Below, one piece after another: positions 1-11,687 of a stretch of 64,000 bases of DNA (the stretch's first letter is position 1; the number at the start of each line of letters is the position of its first letter). Source of the DNA: Wickerhamiella versatilis (taxonomy: Eukaryota); contig JAQOWU010000008.1 in assembly GCA_030867685.1 (NCBI GenBank), positions 1,550,001 through 1,614,000 on the forward strand, in the 5' to 3' direction. The notes beneath the pieces are model-generated. The model was not told the DNA's origin. It made no database searches and was given only the letters and a program-made list of their open reading frames with translations. The translations under genes were made by a program, and so were the position numbers.

Positions 1-17
1 AATCTAGGATTTACCAT
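1..17 (-). CDS. Possible 5' end of a gene running off the left edge (MVNPR...)
   Basis: Minus-strand ATG at 17 in an A-rich context (caacaATGG), with several CCAAT/ATTGG boxes at ~94-125. Only 5 codons are visible. Confidence 0.2.
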
Positions 18-310
18 TGTTGGTGTAAGAACTTCACTGTAAGGTAAGAAAGAAGAAGAGCAAAGTGACCTACCCCCAACCCGCTTGCGTGCTATTGGTA
101 TGTCAGCAACTGCCAATCACCAATATCTGTGGTAAGCTTGACTTAATTTGAAATAACTCCTATCCTTAACATAAACAGGAATATAGTCCATTACACCCAT
201 AAAACCCTATTACAATATGTGATGGCATGATGTAATATAATAGTACCTCATATTTTGTCTATCAGGGATACGTTACCTCTTTATAGAATATTCTAATACT
301 CTTGTCTAGT

Positions 311-2668
311 CTAAGCAGACTTGTTAGCCTGCTCGGCATGAAGCTCACCCATACGGTTGAGCGCAGAACCAGCCTTGAACCAGCCGATCTGCTCAGCATT
401 CATAGTATGCGACAGCTCAGTCTCCCAAGGCTCACCATTCTCAGGCTTGACAACCATGACAACATTCTTGCCTGGAGCAAGATCCTTCAGACCCAGCAAG
501 CTGATACGGTCCTTAGGGTTGATCTTGTCATAGTCCTCAGGGTTGGCGAAGTTAAGAGGGAGCAATCCTTGCTTCTTCAAGTTGGTCTCGTGGATACGGG
601 CAAAGCTCTTGGTGATAATTGCGAAACCACCGAGGAAACGTGGCTCGAGAGCAGCATGTTCACGTGAAGAACCCTCACCAAAGTTGTCACCACCAATGAC
701 AACCCAGCGAATGCCAGCATCACGGTATGCAGCAGCAGTCTCAGGAACACCGGCCCATTCACCAGTGAAAGCGTTCTGAACATTGTTTGCCTCACCGTTC
801 TCAGCGTTGATGGCACCAATCATATAATTATTCGAAATGTTCTGCAAGTGGCCACGGTACTTCAACCAAGGACCGGCTTGAGAGATATGGTCAGTGGTAG
901 TCTTACCAAGGGACTTGATCAGAATTGGCATGTCGATACCATCCTTACCGTCCCACTTATTGAAGGGTTTGAGTTTCTGGAGACGGTCACTCGATGGGTT
1001 GACAACAACCTCGACATGGGCACGGTCCTTAGGTGGGGCAGTGTATGTGTTCTGGCCACGATTAAATCCCTTGGTAGGAAGTCCATCTCCATGAGGAGGC
1101 TTGAGCTTGAACTCCTTACCATCAGCGCCCTTCAACGTATCGGTGATAGGGTTGAAACGAAGATCACCAGCAATCGCATATGCAACAGTAAGGTCGGGAC
1201 TAGCGACGAAAGCATGGGTGGCGGGGTTAGAGTCGTTACGGCCAGTGAAGTTACGGTTGAAAGAAGATACGATGGTGTTCTTATCACCCTTGTTAATGTC
1301 CTGTCGGTCCCATTGACCGATGCAGGGACCACATGCGTTGGCAAGAACGACACCACCGAACTCAGTGAAAGTATCGACCAAACCATCACGGTCAATGGTG
1401 GCACGAACCTGCTCAGATCCTGGCGTAACAGTGAAAATAGACTTGGACTTAAGACCGTGCGCCATAGCATCCTTTGCAATACTGGCGGCACGGGTCATGT
1501 CCTCGTAACTTGAGTTGGTGCATGAGCCAATAAGACCAACCTTGACTTCAAGTGGCCAACCGCGTTCCGGAGCGACCTCCTTGACCTTTGAAATGGGGGT
1601 AGCAAGGTCTGGAGTGAAAGGACCGTTGATGTAAGGCTCAAGAGTGTTGAGATCGATTTCAATGACTTGGTCATACTCAGCGCCCTCATCCTTAGACAAG
1701 AGGTCTTCCTTGTACAAAGAGGCGAACTCAGCAATCTCGCTACGTTCAGTGGCCTTAAGGTAATCAACCATAGACTTGTTGAATGGGAATACAGAGGTAG
1801 TTGCACCGATCTCTGCACCCATATTACAGATGGTACCCATACCAGTGCATGAGAGGGAGTCGACACCATCTCCGAAGTACTCCATGATAGCACCGGTACC
1901 ACCCTTGACAGTGGTAATGCCGGCCACCTCAAGGATGATATCCTTAGCAGCGGTCCAGCCATTCATACGGCCAGAAAGCTTAACACCAATGTATTTTGGT
2001 GCCTTAAGCTCCCAAGGCTGGTTCGACATGACATCCACAGCATCTGCGCCACCAACACCAATAGCGAGCTGACCCAAACCACCAGCGTTTGGTGTGTGCG
2101 AGTCAGTACCAATGAGAAGTGCACCAGGGAATGCATAGTTTTCAAGAATGATCTGGTGAATGATACCCGATCCTGGGCCCCAGAAACCCATGTTATACTT
2201 GGCAGTGGCACTCTTAAGGAAATCATAAACCTCGCGGTTGATGTCGATAGCACGCTCAAGATCCTCACGGCCACCGGAGCGAGCCTGAATCAAGTGGTCA
2301 CAGTGAACAGTACTTGGCGTAGCGACCTCTGGCATGTTCGCCGACATGAATTGCAAGATGGCCATCTGAGCAGTGGCATCCTGACACGCAACTCGATCCG
2401 GACGAAGCTTCAGGTATGAACTGCCACGAACAATCTCCTGCTCATGAGGGTTATCAAGATGACTATAGAGGACCTTCTCCGCGTAGGTGAGTGGACGGCC
2501 CAAACGCTCCCTCACAATCTTAAGAGTCTCAAGATTCTTCTTGTAGTTGATGAAAGTGTGATCTTCCCACACATTCTGGTGGACCTTGGAGTCCCGAGTG
2601 ATCTGCGATGAGTACGCACGCACCAATCGCTTCGCACCTTGGCGTGCCAGCTCGCGTCGTGCCAACAT
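311..2668 (-). CDS. ACO1: Mitochondrial aconitate hydratase
   Basis: 785 aa; [35 protein letters not shown] and [10 protein letters not shown] motifs; Arg-rich presequence. Confidence 0.98.
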   Translation of the reverse strand: MLARRELARQGAKRLVRAYSSQITRDSKVHQNVWEDHTFINYKKNLETLKIVRERLGRPLTYAEKVLYSHLDNPHEQEIVRGSSYLKLRPDRVACQDATAQMAILQFMSANMPEVATPSTVHCDHLIQARSGGREDLERAIDINREVYDFLKSATAKYNMGFWGPGSGIIHQIILENYAFPGALLIGTDSHTPNAGGLGQLAIGVGGADAVDVMSNQPWELKAPKYIGVKLSGRMNGWTAAKDIILEVAGITTVKGGTGAIMEYFGDGVDSLSCTGMGTICNMGAEIGATTSVFPFNKSMVDYLKATERSEIAEFASLYKEDLLSKDEGAEYDQVIEIDLNTLEPYINGPFTPDLATPISKVKEVAPERGWPLEVKVGLIGSCTNSSYEDMTRAASIAKDAMAHGLKSKSIFTVTPGSEQVRATIDRDGLVDTFTEFGGVVLANACGPCIGQWDRQDINKGDKNTIVSSFNRNFTGRNDSNPATHAFVASPDLTVAYAIAGDLRFNPITDTLKGADGKEFKLKPPHGDGLPTKGFNRGQNTYTAPPKDRAHVEVVVNPSSDRLQKLKPFNKWDGKDGIDMPILIKSLGKTTTDHISQAGPWLKYRGHLQNISNNYMIGAINAENGEANNVQNAFTGEWAGVPETAAAYRDAGIRWVVIGGDNFGEGSSREHAALEPRFLGGFAIITKSFARIHETNLKKQGLLPLNFANPEDYDKINPKDRISLLGLKDLAPGKNVVMVVKPENGEPWETELSHTMNAEQIGWFKAGSALNRMGELHAEQANKSA

Positions 2669-2733
2669 TTTACAACAAATCTGAGAGTTAGGGTGAGAGT
2701 CGCAATATATAGTAGTTATTAATATCCGGCTGC

Positions 2734-2774
2734 TTATTGGTCAACCCACAAGCACCCCAACCCTGAATATTGGT
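2734..2774. promoter_or_regulatory. Two CCAAT (Hap2/3/5) boxes upstream of ACO1
   Basis: TTATTGGT at 2734-2741 and ATTGGT at 2769-2774, with a TATA-like TATATAG near 2706-2712. HAP control of ACO1 is established in yeasts. Confidence 0.5.
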
Positions 2775-3231
2775 GCTTACATGTGCATCGTGGGGTGCCG
2801 ACTTTTTCGTCCGATGTTCGCACAGCCCCGCTTGACATATTAAGAGCTATAATTTATTGACATACTGTAAAAAAAAAGTTACAGGGTGTATTCTGGGTAT
2901 TTAATCGCTGAGAAAAAGCTTGTTTCAATAAAGTGGCATCAGCCTACCTTAATAAAAGCACCGGAGCATGTAGATCACTAAGAGGTGCGAATCACAGTGC
3001 CTCGCACGCAGAATCAGAATATTGTGCAGTAATCTATTGTTTCTCGGGTTACATCAAGATTTCTACATCAGCTCGTAGTTCTCCACATTTGTTCCAATTT
3101 CCAAGCAATTATACTATATCTAATTAGCCTTCAGCATTATATAATTATTCTTTGTCCAGACAAAAGAGTTTTTCATATAATTCCTTTTTCCATACTGCTA
3201 AGATTTTTCCTGCAGCCGCCATCTGACGTTC

Positions 3232-5003
3232 CTAGTAATCACTCCGATTATCCTGCCTTCTGCCCAACGAGTATTTAGACACGATCTTTTTCAGGGCACC
3301 TTCCAGCATTGACCAAGGAAAAACCTTGACATCTTTTTCAATGTTTCGCGGGCGAGGGGGGGCAAAGCTCATAATTAAAGAAAAGAATTGAGCAAGCTCG
3401 GGTTTGTTTTTGGAGATTGTTGTTGGTTTACAAACTTCTAAATTGCGCCTGATCCTGTTTTTCTCCTCCACACTGAATTTTTGATCTATTATCAACTCCA
3501 GAAGAGTGATACAATCTACGCTAGTCACGTAGTGCATACGTTTTTTTCTCTCGAATATACAAGATATAGCTGTCATTTCCGAAGTCCACTCATCGGGCTG
3601 GATGACTCTGAAGCGCAGTCGTACCTCAGGCCCCTCTTGATAACGTGTAAACCAGACAATTCGACGACCTGAGACCTCTTCCTGATGGGTCCAATTCGCA
3701 GCAATGGAATTGAGATTACCATCTATGACCAACTTTGCCACCTGAGACATATGTTGTGATGAGCTTCCTGATCCCACGCCCCAGCTCGATGCTGCCTGAT
3801 AAAGTGCGGACGTTCGTACAAAGCCCATGATCGATGGACTTGGAAGCACTTCTAGGTTAGGAGTATCAATTGAATGGTAAGAGGTCGCCGCTGCAGCTGC
3901 AGCGGCAAAGGCGGCTCTTGAAGTAGGCCCCGGTTGACTTTCAGAAGTCGAGGAAATAGTAACTGCATCAGGTTGGCCGGTTATTGTCCGATATCCTCTG
4001 GGTCTATGGCGATCCCATCGTTCAGCCATACCATAATTTGAGGGGTATGGTGAGACAGGCTGGGATTCGTGACCTGAACGAGTAGGAAGTGGAACATATC
4101 GTGGTCCAGAAGGGGTAGAACGTTGTAGACTTGGATCTGCGGACCGCAGCGCACTCTCTTCTGTTATTCTTGCTACTTGACTCGGGCTTGCAGAGCTTTG
4201 CCTACCACCATGAACGTAATAGTACTGGGGTAGCATCTGGTAGTCCGGATATTCATAAGATGGGGGTGTGGGCGAAGGGAACATTTGCCAGTAAGGCATA
4301 TATTCTCTTTGTGACGGTGGTGACGTATGAGTGACCGCAGGAGTAGCCGCTGAATGCGTGGGCGTCGGAGCGGCGAAAAGTGGCTGTTGTGCGAATCCCT
4401 GGCCCCCCAATTGACGCTCAAGCAGGGGACTGATTCCCCCCATAACTGTAACCGGAGGTTCCTGCGGTGACTTCTGGGTTTCAATAGTGTTTTCATCACC
4501 ACTGTGTATCTCCTCCTCTAACGAACTTTGTGATAAGTCGGAAGTTACGTTCTGAGGTTCCTCAATTTGGGTCTTGGTATGAGATTGAGATGGTTGACGA
4601 CGTGCTATACTTTGCGATACGGACTTTGATTCGCTACGAAAATTATCAATGTCCTCATTAGTTCTCTGTCTTTTTGTTGGCGGCGTACGGGACATTTTTT
4701 CATGTGCTGAAACTTTGATGGCCGGAGTAATTCCGGAAGAACCTGCCAATTCAACCAGGCTGGGGGTGGTGCTTGATCTTGACGTTCGACGTACATGGTA
4801 CTGTTGGCCTACTTCGTAGTTCTCGGTTTGTACTGATGAATCTTTTTTAACAGCATTACTGGACCTGGTTCGTTTTTGTGTTTCTTCTCCATAATCTTTA
4901 CTTGGCAGTGATGGGTCAGTGGGTGTTGGAGAGCTAAACCCCATCAAACCACTAAAAGCAACTCACTGACGACTTCAATAATTGGTTTCGTCTTCTTGAA
5001 CAT
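3232..5003 (-). CDS. Medusa/MedA-like transcriptional regulator; 5' end uncertain (ATG 4944, or a short exon 5003-4967 plus an intron)
   Basis: Low-complexity N-terminus followed by the conserved MedA-type C-terminal domain (ISCIF...YVTSVDCITLLE...FSVEEKNRIRRNLE...FAPPRPRNIEKDVKVFPW). Confidence 0.8.
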
Positions 5004-5924
5004 CCCGGAAGGAGCAGCTAATTGAACTTGCACACTGTCGTCCACTAATGAGCGACGAGAACCTAGATTCGTGGTGGTAAAATCCCACTGCAATAAAGGT
5101 AGTGGTTCGGAAACAGGCGCAAATGCAGTCAGAGAGCTAGTCAAAATGATATTCGTTAGGAAAACGTTATTTAAGACGAAATCCAAAACTTGAAACGGTC
5201 GCGACTATGAAATACGCGAATTCCGATCCGCAGAATAGTTGTTTCTTTCCAAAAAAAGAATTTGTTTACCCCTAGAGCTGCAATATGAGCAATAAGGTAA
5301 ATATAATGGAAACCAGCAGAAAGAAGTCACCGATATATTGAAAGCTGACGCAGAAATGAAGCTAAATATGTTTGGGATGTTCCATCTGAGACAATGAGTC
5401 GGCCGCGTCGCTGCGCTATCACAAAGCCTTCCAATCTGTATGTCAGGTAGGAGTTGGGTAATGATCTCAGACATGCATTCCAAGGGCCATTTAGGATGTA
5501 AGCGAGAAAATAGGTGGAGGGGTGCTATGGGGTGAGCAAAAATATGTATATGTCTTGCAATATTTAATTATATCGAGTATTTTTCAATTTTTAGAACCAA
5601 GTATTATGACTATGGTGGGCAACATGCTTGCATTTACGACGCGTGCAAAAAATGCAATGTTTTGGAAGCACGTAGCAGGATTGTAAAGACATACGAAAAA
5701 AAAGAAAAACCATTGATGCCTTTAATTCTAATTAAGCTCAGTCCTACTCAAAAAAATATACAGTTATGGGGCTTTATGTCATTGACAGTTCCAGTCGACA
5801 GCCACAAACTGAGGAAGGCTCCATGCGTTGCATATATATGCATGCGGTATCCCGATCCCCTGTATGCATCATAGTCTGGATCTCGATGAAAGATCTCGAA
5901 TCTTGTGGAGATATTAGGTAGAGT

Positions 5925-6440
5925 CTAAGGTCCGGATGAATTGGACCGCCTGAAGTAGGCTTTAACACTAAAATATTCGGCAACAGAAAGCGCTGCAACA
6001 CCGAACAAGACACCAGCTGCGAGCACCGTGGATAGTGATCCCTGTTTATGCTGTTGTGTAAGATACGTTGACGCAGCGGATGCAGTAACTGCGGTGAACA
6101 AAACAGTGGTTGAAACCGCAGGGTCTTTCAACTCCTCAACGACATTCTCAGAATATTTCTTGGAGGCCTCCTTAATGGCCTCTGAAGCCGAATGAGCCTC
6201 ACTTTGTGCTTCTGAAAGCGTATTTTTTGCTTTAGCAGATAGTTCTGAGAGGGCTTCGTCCGCTTTCTTCGCGTATTCCGAGTTAGCAAGGTCGTGTGCT
6301 ACTTCCTTGGCTTCCTCTATTCCCTCTTCAATTCGACTACTGGTTGTTGCTGTAGCCTCAGAAACGGTTTCATCAGCCTCATCCACCTTCGACTTTACAG
6401 TCTCGTCAATCTTTTTGACAGTCTTTTCAGGATCACTCAT
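5925..6440 (-). CDS. Om14-like mitochondrial outer membrane protein
   Basis: Charged helical N-terminus, then ELKDPAV and two hydrophobic segments ending EYFSVKAYFRR, resembling the Om14 C-terminal domain. First ATG at 6440. Confidence 0.6.
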   Translation of the reverse strand: MSDPEKTVKKIDETVKSKVDEADETVSEATATTSSRIEEGIEEAKEVAHDLANSEYAKKADEALSELSAKAKNTLSEAQSEAHSASEAIKEASKKYSENVVEELKDPAVSTTVLFTAVTASAASTYLTQQHKQGSLSTVLAAGVLFGVAALSVAEYFSVKAYFRRSNSSGP

Positions 6441-7131
6441 ATTTCTCGCGGTAACCACCTAAGCCGGTTGCGACCAATCCGCGTTGTTCTATCTAATCAA
6501 ACACCTAACCCTGGTGTCAGCCAGGCCACCCCTTCGCGTGCTCTTGTTTAAAAGCTGAAGTATACTCGGGCTAATATTTTCATTTAGTTAAATAACTACG
6601 AATATATAACAAATATCAAATAATATTAGAAAGATCGTGCCGTAATACTTGTTCAGCTTGTAGTGACATTGTTCGCAATACGCAGCTTTGACGAATGATT
6701 ATCATTGCCGAGATAGGTAGAACACCTAATATCCACCGTATTTTTTCAAAAATTACTCATTATTTCAATTCTCTGTCCTCTTATGCGGCTGAAACGCTTT
6801 AATTTCCCCCACTATGCTGGGTTGCATCAATTAGCCCAAACCCATTTGCTTTCAGCTGCGATGTAGCAATAAATAAGCTTAAGCAAATAGGCAACAGTTT
6901 AGCATTGCACCATTACACGGGCTCTGCTGGAAATATTCGGAGGCTTTAAATGGTAAAAACGGATGATTTCAAAGTATTGTTGATACCTGACATGTAGGAC
7001 GAAATTCAAACGAAAATGTAAAGGACGTCTATTTATACACGTTTAATCACCATAAATTTCCTATTTCTCGCGTAAACCTAATAAGTAAGACATTTTCGGT
7101 CCTGTACAAATGTAACTGCTGATTATGTCAT

Positions 7132-7149
7132 ATAGGGCTGCAGCCCTAT
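7132..7149. promoter_or_regulatory. 18-bp perfect palindrome ATAGGGCTGCAGCCCTAT (Tbf1-type ribosomal protein element)
   Basis: Perfect inverted repeat starting 84 nt upstream of the RPS24 ATG; resembles the C. albicans Tbf1 palindrome TTAGGGCTATAGCCCTAA. Confidence 0.7.
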
Positions 7150-7215
7150 GGCACTCGAACTGTGAGCACACTCTCGGGGTGAAGTGATTCCAGTAGGCTT
7201 CACCAAGAGACCAAC

Positions 7216-7617
7216 ATGTCTGACAATGCCGTTACGGTGTGTGTGCGCAAGTTTTTGCGTAACCCCTTGTTGAGTCGCTCTCAGTTTGTTATTGATGTCC
7301 TTCACCCGACTCGTCCAAATGTCCCCAAGGACGAGCTCCGTGAGAGACTTGCAGGTATCTACAAGTCCGATAAGGATGCTGTGTCTGTCTTCGGTTTCAA
7401 GACTCAGTTCGGTGGTGGTAAGTCCACGGGTTTCGGCCTTCTTTACGACTCCCCCGAGTCCATGAAGAAGTTCGAGCCCCGCTACCGCCTTGTGCGTGCT
7501 GGCCTTGCTGAGAAGATTGAGAAGGTCTCTAAGCAGCAGCGTGCCCAGAAGAAGAACCGTGGCAAGAAGATCTTCGGCACTGGTCGTCGTCTCGCCAAGC
7601 GGAAGCGTGGTGATTAA
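7216..7617 (+). CDS. RPS24: 40S ribosomal protein eS24
   Basis: [21 protein letters not shown] and [17 protein letters not shown] motifs; strong codon bias; no intron. Confidence 0.98.
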   Translation: MSDNAVTVCVRKFLRNPLLSRSQFVIDVLHPTRPNVPKDELRERLAGIYKSDKDAVSVFGFKTQFGGGKSTGFGLLYDSPESMKKFEPRYRLVRAGLAEKIEKVSKQQRAQKKNRGKKIFGTGRRLAKRKRGD

Positions 7618-7992
7618 TTTGTGTCTTTAGGTGGATTTTTAAAACTGCTTATAAGACCACTCCTGGTCTTGAATGCATGGTAGCTAAATATGAAAATGGC
7701 CTTTAGGGTAAAATGAATTGGTTATGATATTGGCCAGCTGCCGGTGTATGCGATAGTTAATAGCGTAGTACTCTATGTGCTCTATTTTCCTGAACAGCAG
7801 CTATCATAAAACAAATTTATATTGGTCACAAGTAGAAAAATCATATATATATCAGTGATTTCTATTGGTCTAACTATTATGCAACCAGTGCGGTTTAAAA
7901 TCTGTGGACTAAAGAAAGTTCGTCCCCCTTCTCACCTCTTGCCGTGGGAGGCGCCGCCCAAGTAGGCCCGATCGAGTGTCTGACTCAGCAGG

Positions 7993-9120
7993 ATGGAGAA
8001 GGCCCATGAGGTAGAAAAGATAAAGAACGAGGAATACAAGATTTGGAAGAAGCAGTCTCCGTTTCTCTATGATATTTGTATATCGAAGGCCTTAAGATCA
8101 CCTTCAAAATCTGTTCAGTGGCTACCCTCGTCCAGCATATCTACCGCGGTGTCTGACGATGTATTCGAATCCAGCCAACTGCTTCTAACATCCTGCGAAC
8201 TCTACGGCGAGCACAATAGCGTGTACTTGACAACAGTGGACCTCCCTGGTCCTGCATTTTCTGGTAAAGCAGAAACAAAGTCTGTTGTGAATCCAGGGAG
8301 GAACAAACGCGTAGAGTTTCAGCCAACGATGGCGCGCTACTGCCCCCAAAAGCCATATGAAGTTGTCGGTTTATCTGGTACTGATGGAAATGTTTCAATT
8401 GTAAATTTAACCGATGGTTCAGCTCATGAATTAGCTGGTCATTCCGGGCCTATGCCTTCTCTTAGCTTTAATCGCCACACTCCGGGACTTGCAACTGCGG
8501 GCTACGATGGTGCTATTCGCTTATGGGACCTAGAAAAAATGGCAGAAGGATCTGCTTTAATAGTTGACAGTCCTGCGCAAGTCAACTGTGTAGAGTTTGC
8601 GCCTTTAAATAATGATGAGTTGGCATCTGCTGGTGAGGATCGTACGATCAGATTTTGGGACTACCGATCGGGGGGAATAAGTCGTGCTATTACCGATTCA
8701 CATGCCACCGGCGTTTCCGCTCTATCTTACAATCCGAATAATGAGTTCTTGCTAGCCACTTCATCTGGGGATGGTGCTATCGCCGTTTGGGATGTGCGTA
8801 TGAGCAGTGCAAGCCTTGCTGGGCTTTCTAGTAGCCCCGGTCCACTGAATGCCCTAGCTTGGTCACCCCATGATGAGAGTGTTCTTGCTTCCGGTGGTGC
8901 AGACAGAGAGGTGAGAATCTGGGATCTTTCTCTGCATGGCGTAGAGCAATCCGTTACTGAAGAGCAGGAAGGCCCTCCTGAGCTTATATTTATCCACGCA
9001 GGTCATCTTGGCTCCGTGACTGATTTAAGTTGGCATCCCGTTAAGCCCTGGACTCTTGCTAGCGTGTCTGATGATGCCCTTGTCGATATCTGGCAGATAT
9101 CAAGCTCAATTGTAATGTAA
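7993..9120 (+). CDS. HAT2: RBBP4/Hat2/Msi1-family WD40 histone chaperone
   Basis: NEEYKIWKKQSPFLYD N-terminus, WD40 repeats, EGPPELIFIHAGH. Confidence 0.85.
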   Translation: MEKAHEVEKIKNEEYKIWKKQSPFLYDICISKALRSPSKSVQWLPSSSISTAVSDDVFESSQLLLTSCELYGEHNSVYLTTVDLPGPAFSGKAETKSVVNPGRNKRVEFQPTMARYCPQKPYEVVGLSGTDGNVSIVNLTDGSAHELAGHSGPMPSLSFNRHTPGLATAGYDGAIRLWDLEKMAEGSALIVDSPAQVNCVEFAPLNNDELASAGEDRTIRFWDYRSGGISRAITDSHATGVSALSYNPNNEFLLATSSGDGAIAVWDVRMSSASLAGLSSSPGPLNALAWSPHDESVLASGGADREVRIWDLSLHGVEQSVTEEQEGPPELIFIHAGHLGSVTDLSWHPVKPWTLASVSDDALVDIWQISSSIVM

Positions 9121-9186
9121 GACTTAGAAAGTTATTTACGACCAAACATTAAATAGCTTCCTCTTGTTATTAAGATATTTGTCATA

Positions 9187-9969
9187 ATGCTGTTCGCAGC
9201 TCTTGTTCCCCTAGTGGCATGTGTTGCTGCTCTGAAAGGGGCATCGCCGCTTATTTTGGTCAGTGAAGAAAGAAAGTTGAATAATGAAAATATGGAAGGT
9301 TCGTACTCCGTTATGGATGAGGCCACACTTGTACAGACCGCTGTAAAAAACTGTGACTATGATGCCTACCTCTTCGTCGACCAACCAGGTGTAGAAGGAC
9401 GAGAAATTGATAAGACGAGCATGCCTCATTTGTCCCACCTAATAGATAAATCTGAAGACTCCTCAATCCGCGATCTTGTGATGAACAACGGGCTGGACGA
9501 TGCTTTTAACTTTGTCAAGGCAGAGTGTGGAGCTAAGGAGGTTGTGTTCGATTCGGATAGTGATAATTTCGCCCACTATGTTGACTCCTCGCCCCGTGTC
9601 TTCAATGTGCAGTTTAATGCCGGTGATCTGACAGCCCATGATGAGATCCTTTACCATATTCTAGGACGGCTACCAACTGGAAATATACTTTTGATCTACC
9701 GTCCTCATATGGGGTTGGCTGCCTCAATGGAAGGATCTGAAGTATCTGGAGGTTTTGTAAGTCAATCTCGCGAATCGTCTCTTGATCCGCTCAGCAATTC
9801 TCTTTTCGAAAACTACCAATTTCTATCCCCCGGCATTCTTACGGGAATACTTGTGATAATAATTCTGTATCCGATCCTTCATATAGCTGTCAAGGCAGTT
9901 AGCTCTCTTCAGATCACGACCAAGGCGTTCGAAAAGCAGGAGAAACCTTCCCAGTCAAAACAAGGCTAA
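9187..9969 (+). CDS. Big1/Voa1 (Ac45-like) ER membrane protein
   Basis: Signal peptide, CDYDAYLFVDQPG, and C-terminal YQFLSPGI + TM + SLQITTKAFEK. Confidence 0.7.
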   Translation: MLFAALVPLVACVAALKGASPLILVSEERKLNNENMEGSYSVMDEATLVQTAVKNCDYDAYLFVDQPGVEGREIDKTSMPHLSHLIDKSEDSSIRDLVMNNGLDDAFNFVKAECGAKEVVFDSDSDNFAHYVDSSPRVFNVQFNAGDLTAHDEILYHILGRLPTGNILLIYRPHMGLAASMEGSEVSGGFVSQSRESSLDPLSNSLFENYQFLSPGILTGILVIIILYPILHIAVKAVSSLQITTKAFEKQEKPSQSKQG

Positions 9970-10034
9970 ATAAAAATTCCTTAAATTTATTATAGTTATA
10001 GGAGCCTATGCAGGTTGAGAGCCAGCTCTAAACT

Positions 10035-11687
10035 TTAGTGTCTCAAGCGGCGTGCCAATTCAGAAATCTCAATGCGATCGTCATCAACAAGACCAGAAAA
10101 AATTTGTATTAAAGGAATATGAGAATTTGAGGAGCGAAGTGAGCAGAGCACATGCCCAACAGCGGTGATGATAGCCGAATTAGCTTGACAACCATCAAAT
10201 ATAGTCCTGAGGCTGCAGGACACGTCTGGATGTGATATCAAGTAACTGGAATTTGTGACAGCAATATTAGCTAGGGCGTCCAATGCTGCAATACCTGCTT
10301 CTGTGTGTTTGGAAACATATTCAGGCCGACAGCGACCGGCTACCGCCCTTATAACAGGAGGTGTGAGCTCAGTATTAGTGGCCAAGTTCTGCGCAACTCT
10401 CAGAGCTTGCTCTGCAATTGCAGGGTCATCATCAGAACATAAATTGCTCAAAGACCTATCACTTAGATACCGTGTAACCGTGGAGATGGTTGCACTGTTG
10501 GCGAGACAAGTCGCGTTATGAAGTAGCCATAGCGCATTAAGGCGCGCTATTGGAGAATCTAGGTATTGACATGTCAGCTTCAAAAGATCACTTTTAAGCA
10601 ATTTTTCATGGTGAGGTGAAAACTCAAGAACCAAGTTGCATAAAGCGCCTAACGCCGCATCAACGATATCCGGGGAGGCACTCTTCACCAATTGAACAAG
10701 GTTTTCGGCCAGCTTCTGCTCTCTCAAAAGCCTTAGTGAATGAACACTGCGGGTCAATGACTTCACAAACTGACAAGCAACGATTTGGGCCTGCTTGTTA
10801 CGGTCAGAAGGATCCAAGATAAAAATGATCATATTTATCACACGCTTTTGTCTCAGAAGTTCTAATCTCAGTTCATCATCGAAATCCATGAGGTGTGTTA
10901 GAAGTTGTAGAGCCGCAACACTATACTCCGCTTGTGCAGGATATTTATTAACGCCTTGGAGAACATAAAACTGGAATAGCGGCCATTCCAACAATTCTTT
11001 AATAGATTTTGTATTTCTTAAAACTTTCTCAAGGAGCAGCATCACATGTATGGGGTAAGCGTGGAAGCAAGGAAGTATATTGCCCAAGTTACAGTCACCT
11101 AGTAGCTCAATTGCAACTAAGCGTTCTGCTTTTGCTGGACTACGGACCAATTCACTTATGTTGGACTCAACCTCAAGAGATGGAACTATGCAGCGAGCAC
11201 ATAAGGCTGAAATAAGTGGTAATCTCAGCGGGCGATCCTGTGCTTGGCCCAAAAGACACTGGGCCACAAACTTAAGATAAGGCATACGATACTTCAAAAG
11301 ACCAGATATCAGGTTAATGCTGTGAATACTTCGTAGTGAAGTGTCACCCTCCTTGAGTATGATTTCCAGAAGAAGAGTTAGTCCAGCATAAGATGCACTT
11401 GCACTATAGTCGCGTGTTGCAAAACTACAGAGCAATCTACTTTTTGATGAGCTGAAATCATGTCTTGCCATACTATGTATTAGAATGGCTGCTGTGGTTG
11501 CCGCAACGGCACAAAAATCCTGATCATTGCTATCATCAACTACGACAGCAACACAGTCCCCGAATGCACCAGCTTTCAAAAGCTCTTGTCGCAATGATGG
11601 GCTTCCTAACAGAGTCGTTCGTATCTTTGTCAATCCCTCTGCCGATAGGAGCGATTCCCATCGAGATGCAATGGTTTTATCCGTCAT
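10035..11687 (-). CDS. Armadillo-repeat GID complex subunit (Vid28/Gid5/ARMC8-like)
   Basis: ACQFVKSLTRSVHSLR, ALCNLVLEFSP and RLNALWLLHN match ARMC8/Vid28 blocks. First ATG at 11687. Confidence 0.7.
   Translation of the reverse strand: MTDKTIASRWESLLSAEGLTKIRTTLLGSPSLRQELLKAGAFGDCVAVVVDDSNDQDFCAVAATTAAILIHSMARHDFSSSKSRLLCSFATRDYSASASYAGLTLLLEIILKEGDTSLRSIHSINLISGLLKYRMPYLKFVAQCLLGQAQDRPLRLPLISALCARCIVPSLEVESNISELVRSPAKAERLVAIELLGDCNLGNILPCFHAYPIHVMLLLEKVLRNTKSIKELLEWPLFQFYVLQGVNKYPAQAEYSVAALQLLTHLMDFDDELRLELLRQKRVINMIIFILDPSDRNKQAQIVACQFVKSLTRSVHSLRLLREQKLAENLVQLVKSASPDIVDAALGALCNLVLEFSPHHEKLLKSDLLKLTCQYLDSPIARLNALWLLHNATCLANSATISTVTRYLSDRSLSNLCSDDDPAIAEQALRVAQNLATNTELTPPVIRAVAGRCRPEYVSKHTEAGIAALDALANIAVTNSSYLISHPDVSCSLRTIFDGCQANSAIITAVGHVLCSLRSSNSHIPLIQIFSGLVDDDRIEISELARRLRH

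Noticed and set aside
302-2419. Many long antisense or alternate-frame ORFs over ACO1 (likewise over ATP2, CCT2, VMA1 and NOT4)
   Set aside because: Shadow ORFs produced by codon bias of the real genes; no independent motifs.
5004-5018. CCGGAAGGAGCAGC resembling SRP RNA helix 8
   Set aside because: No surrounding SRP structure, and it abuts the MedA-like start region.
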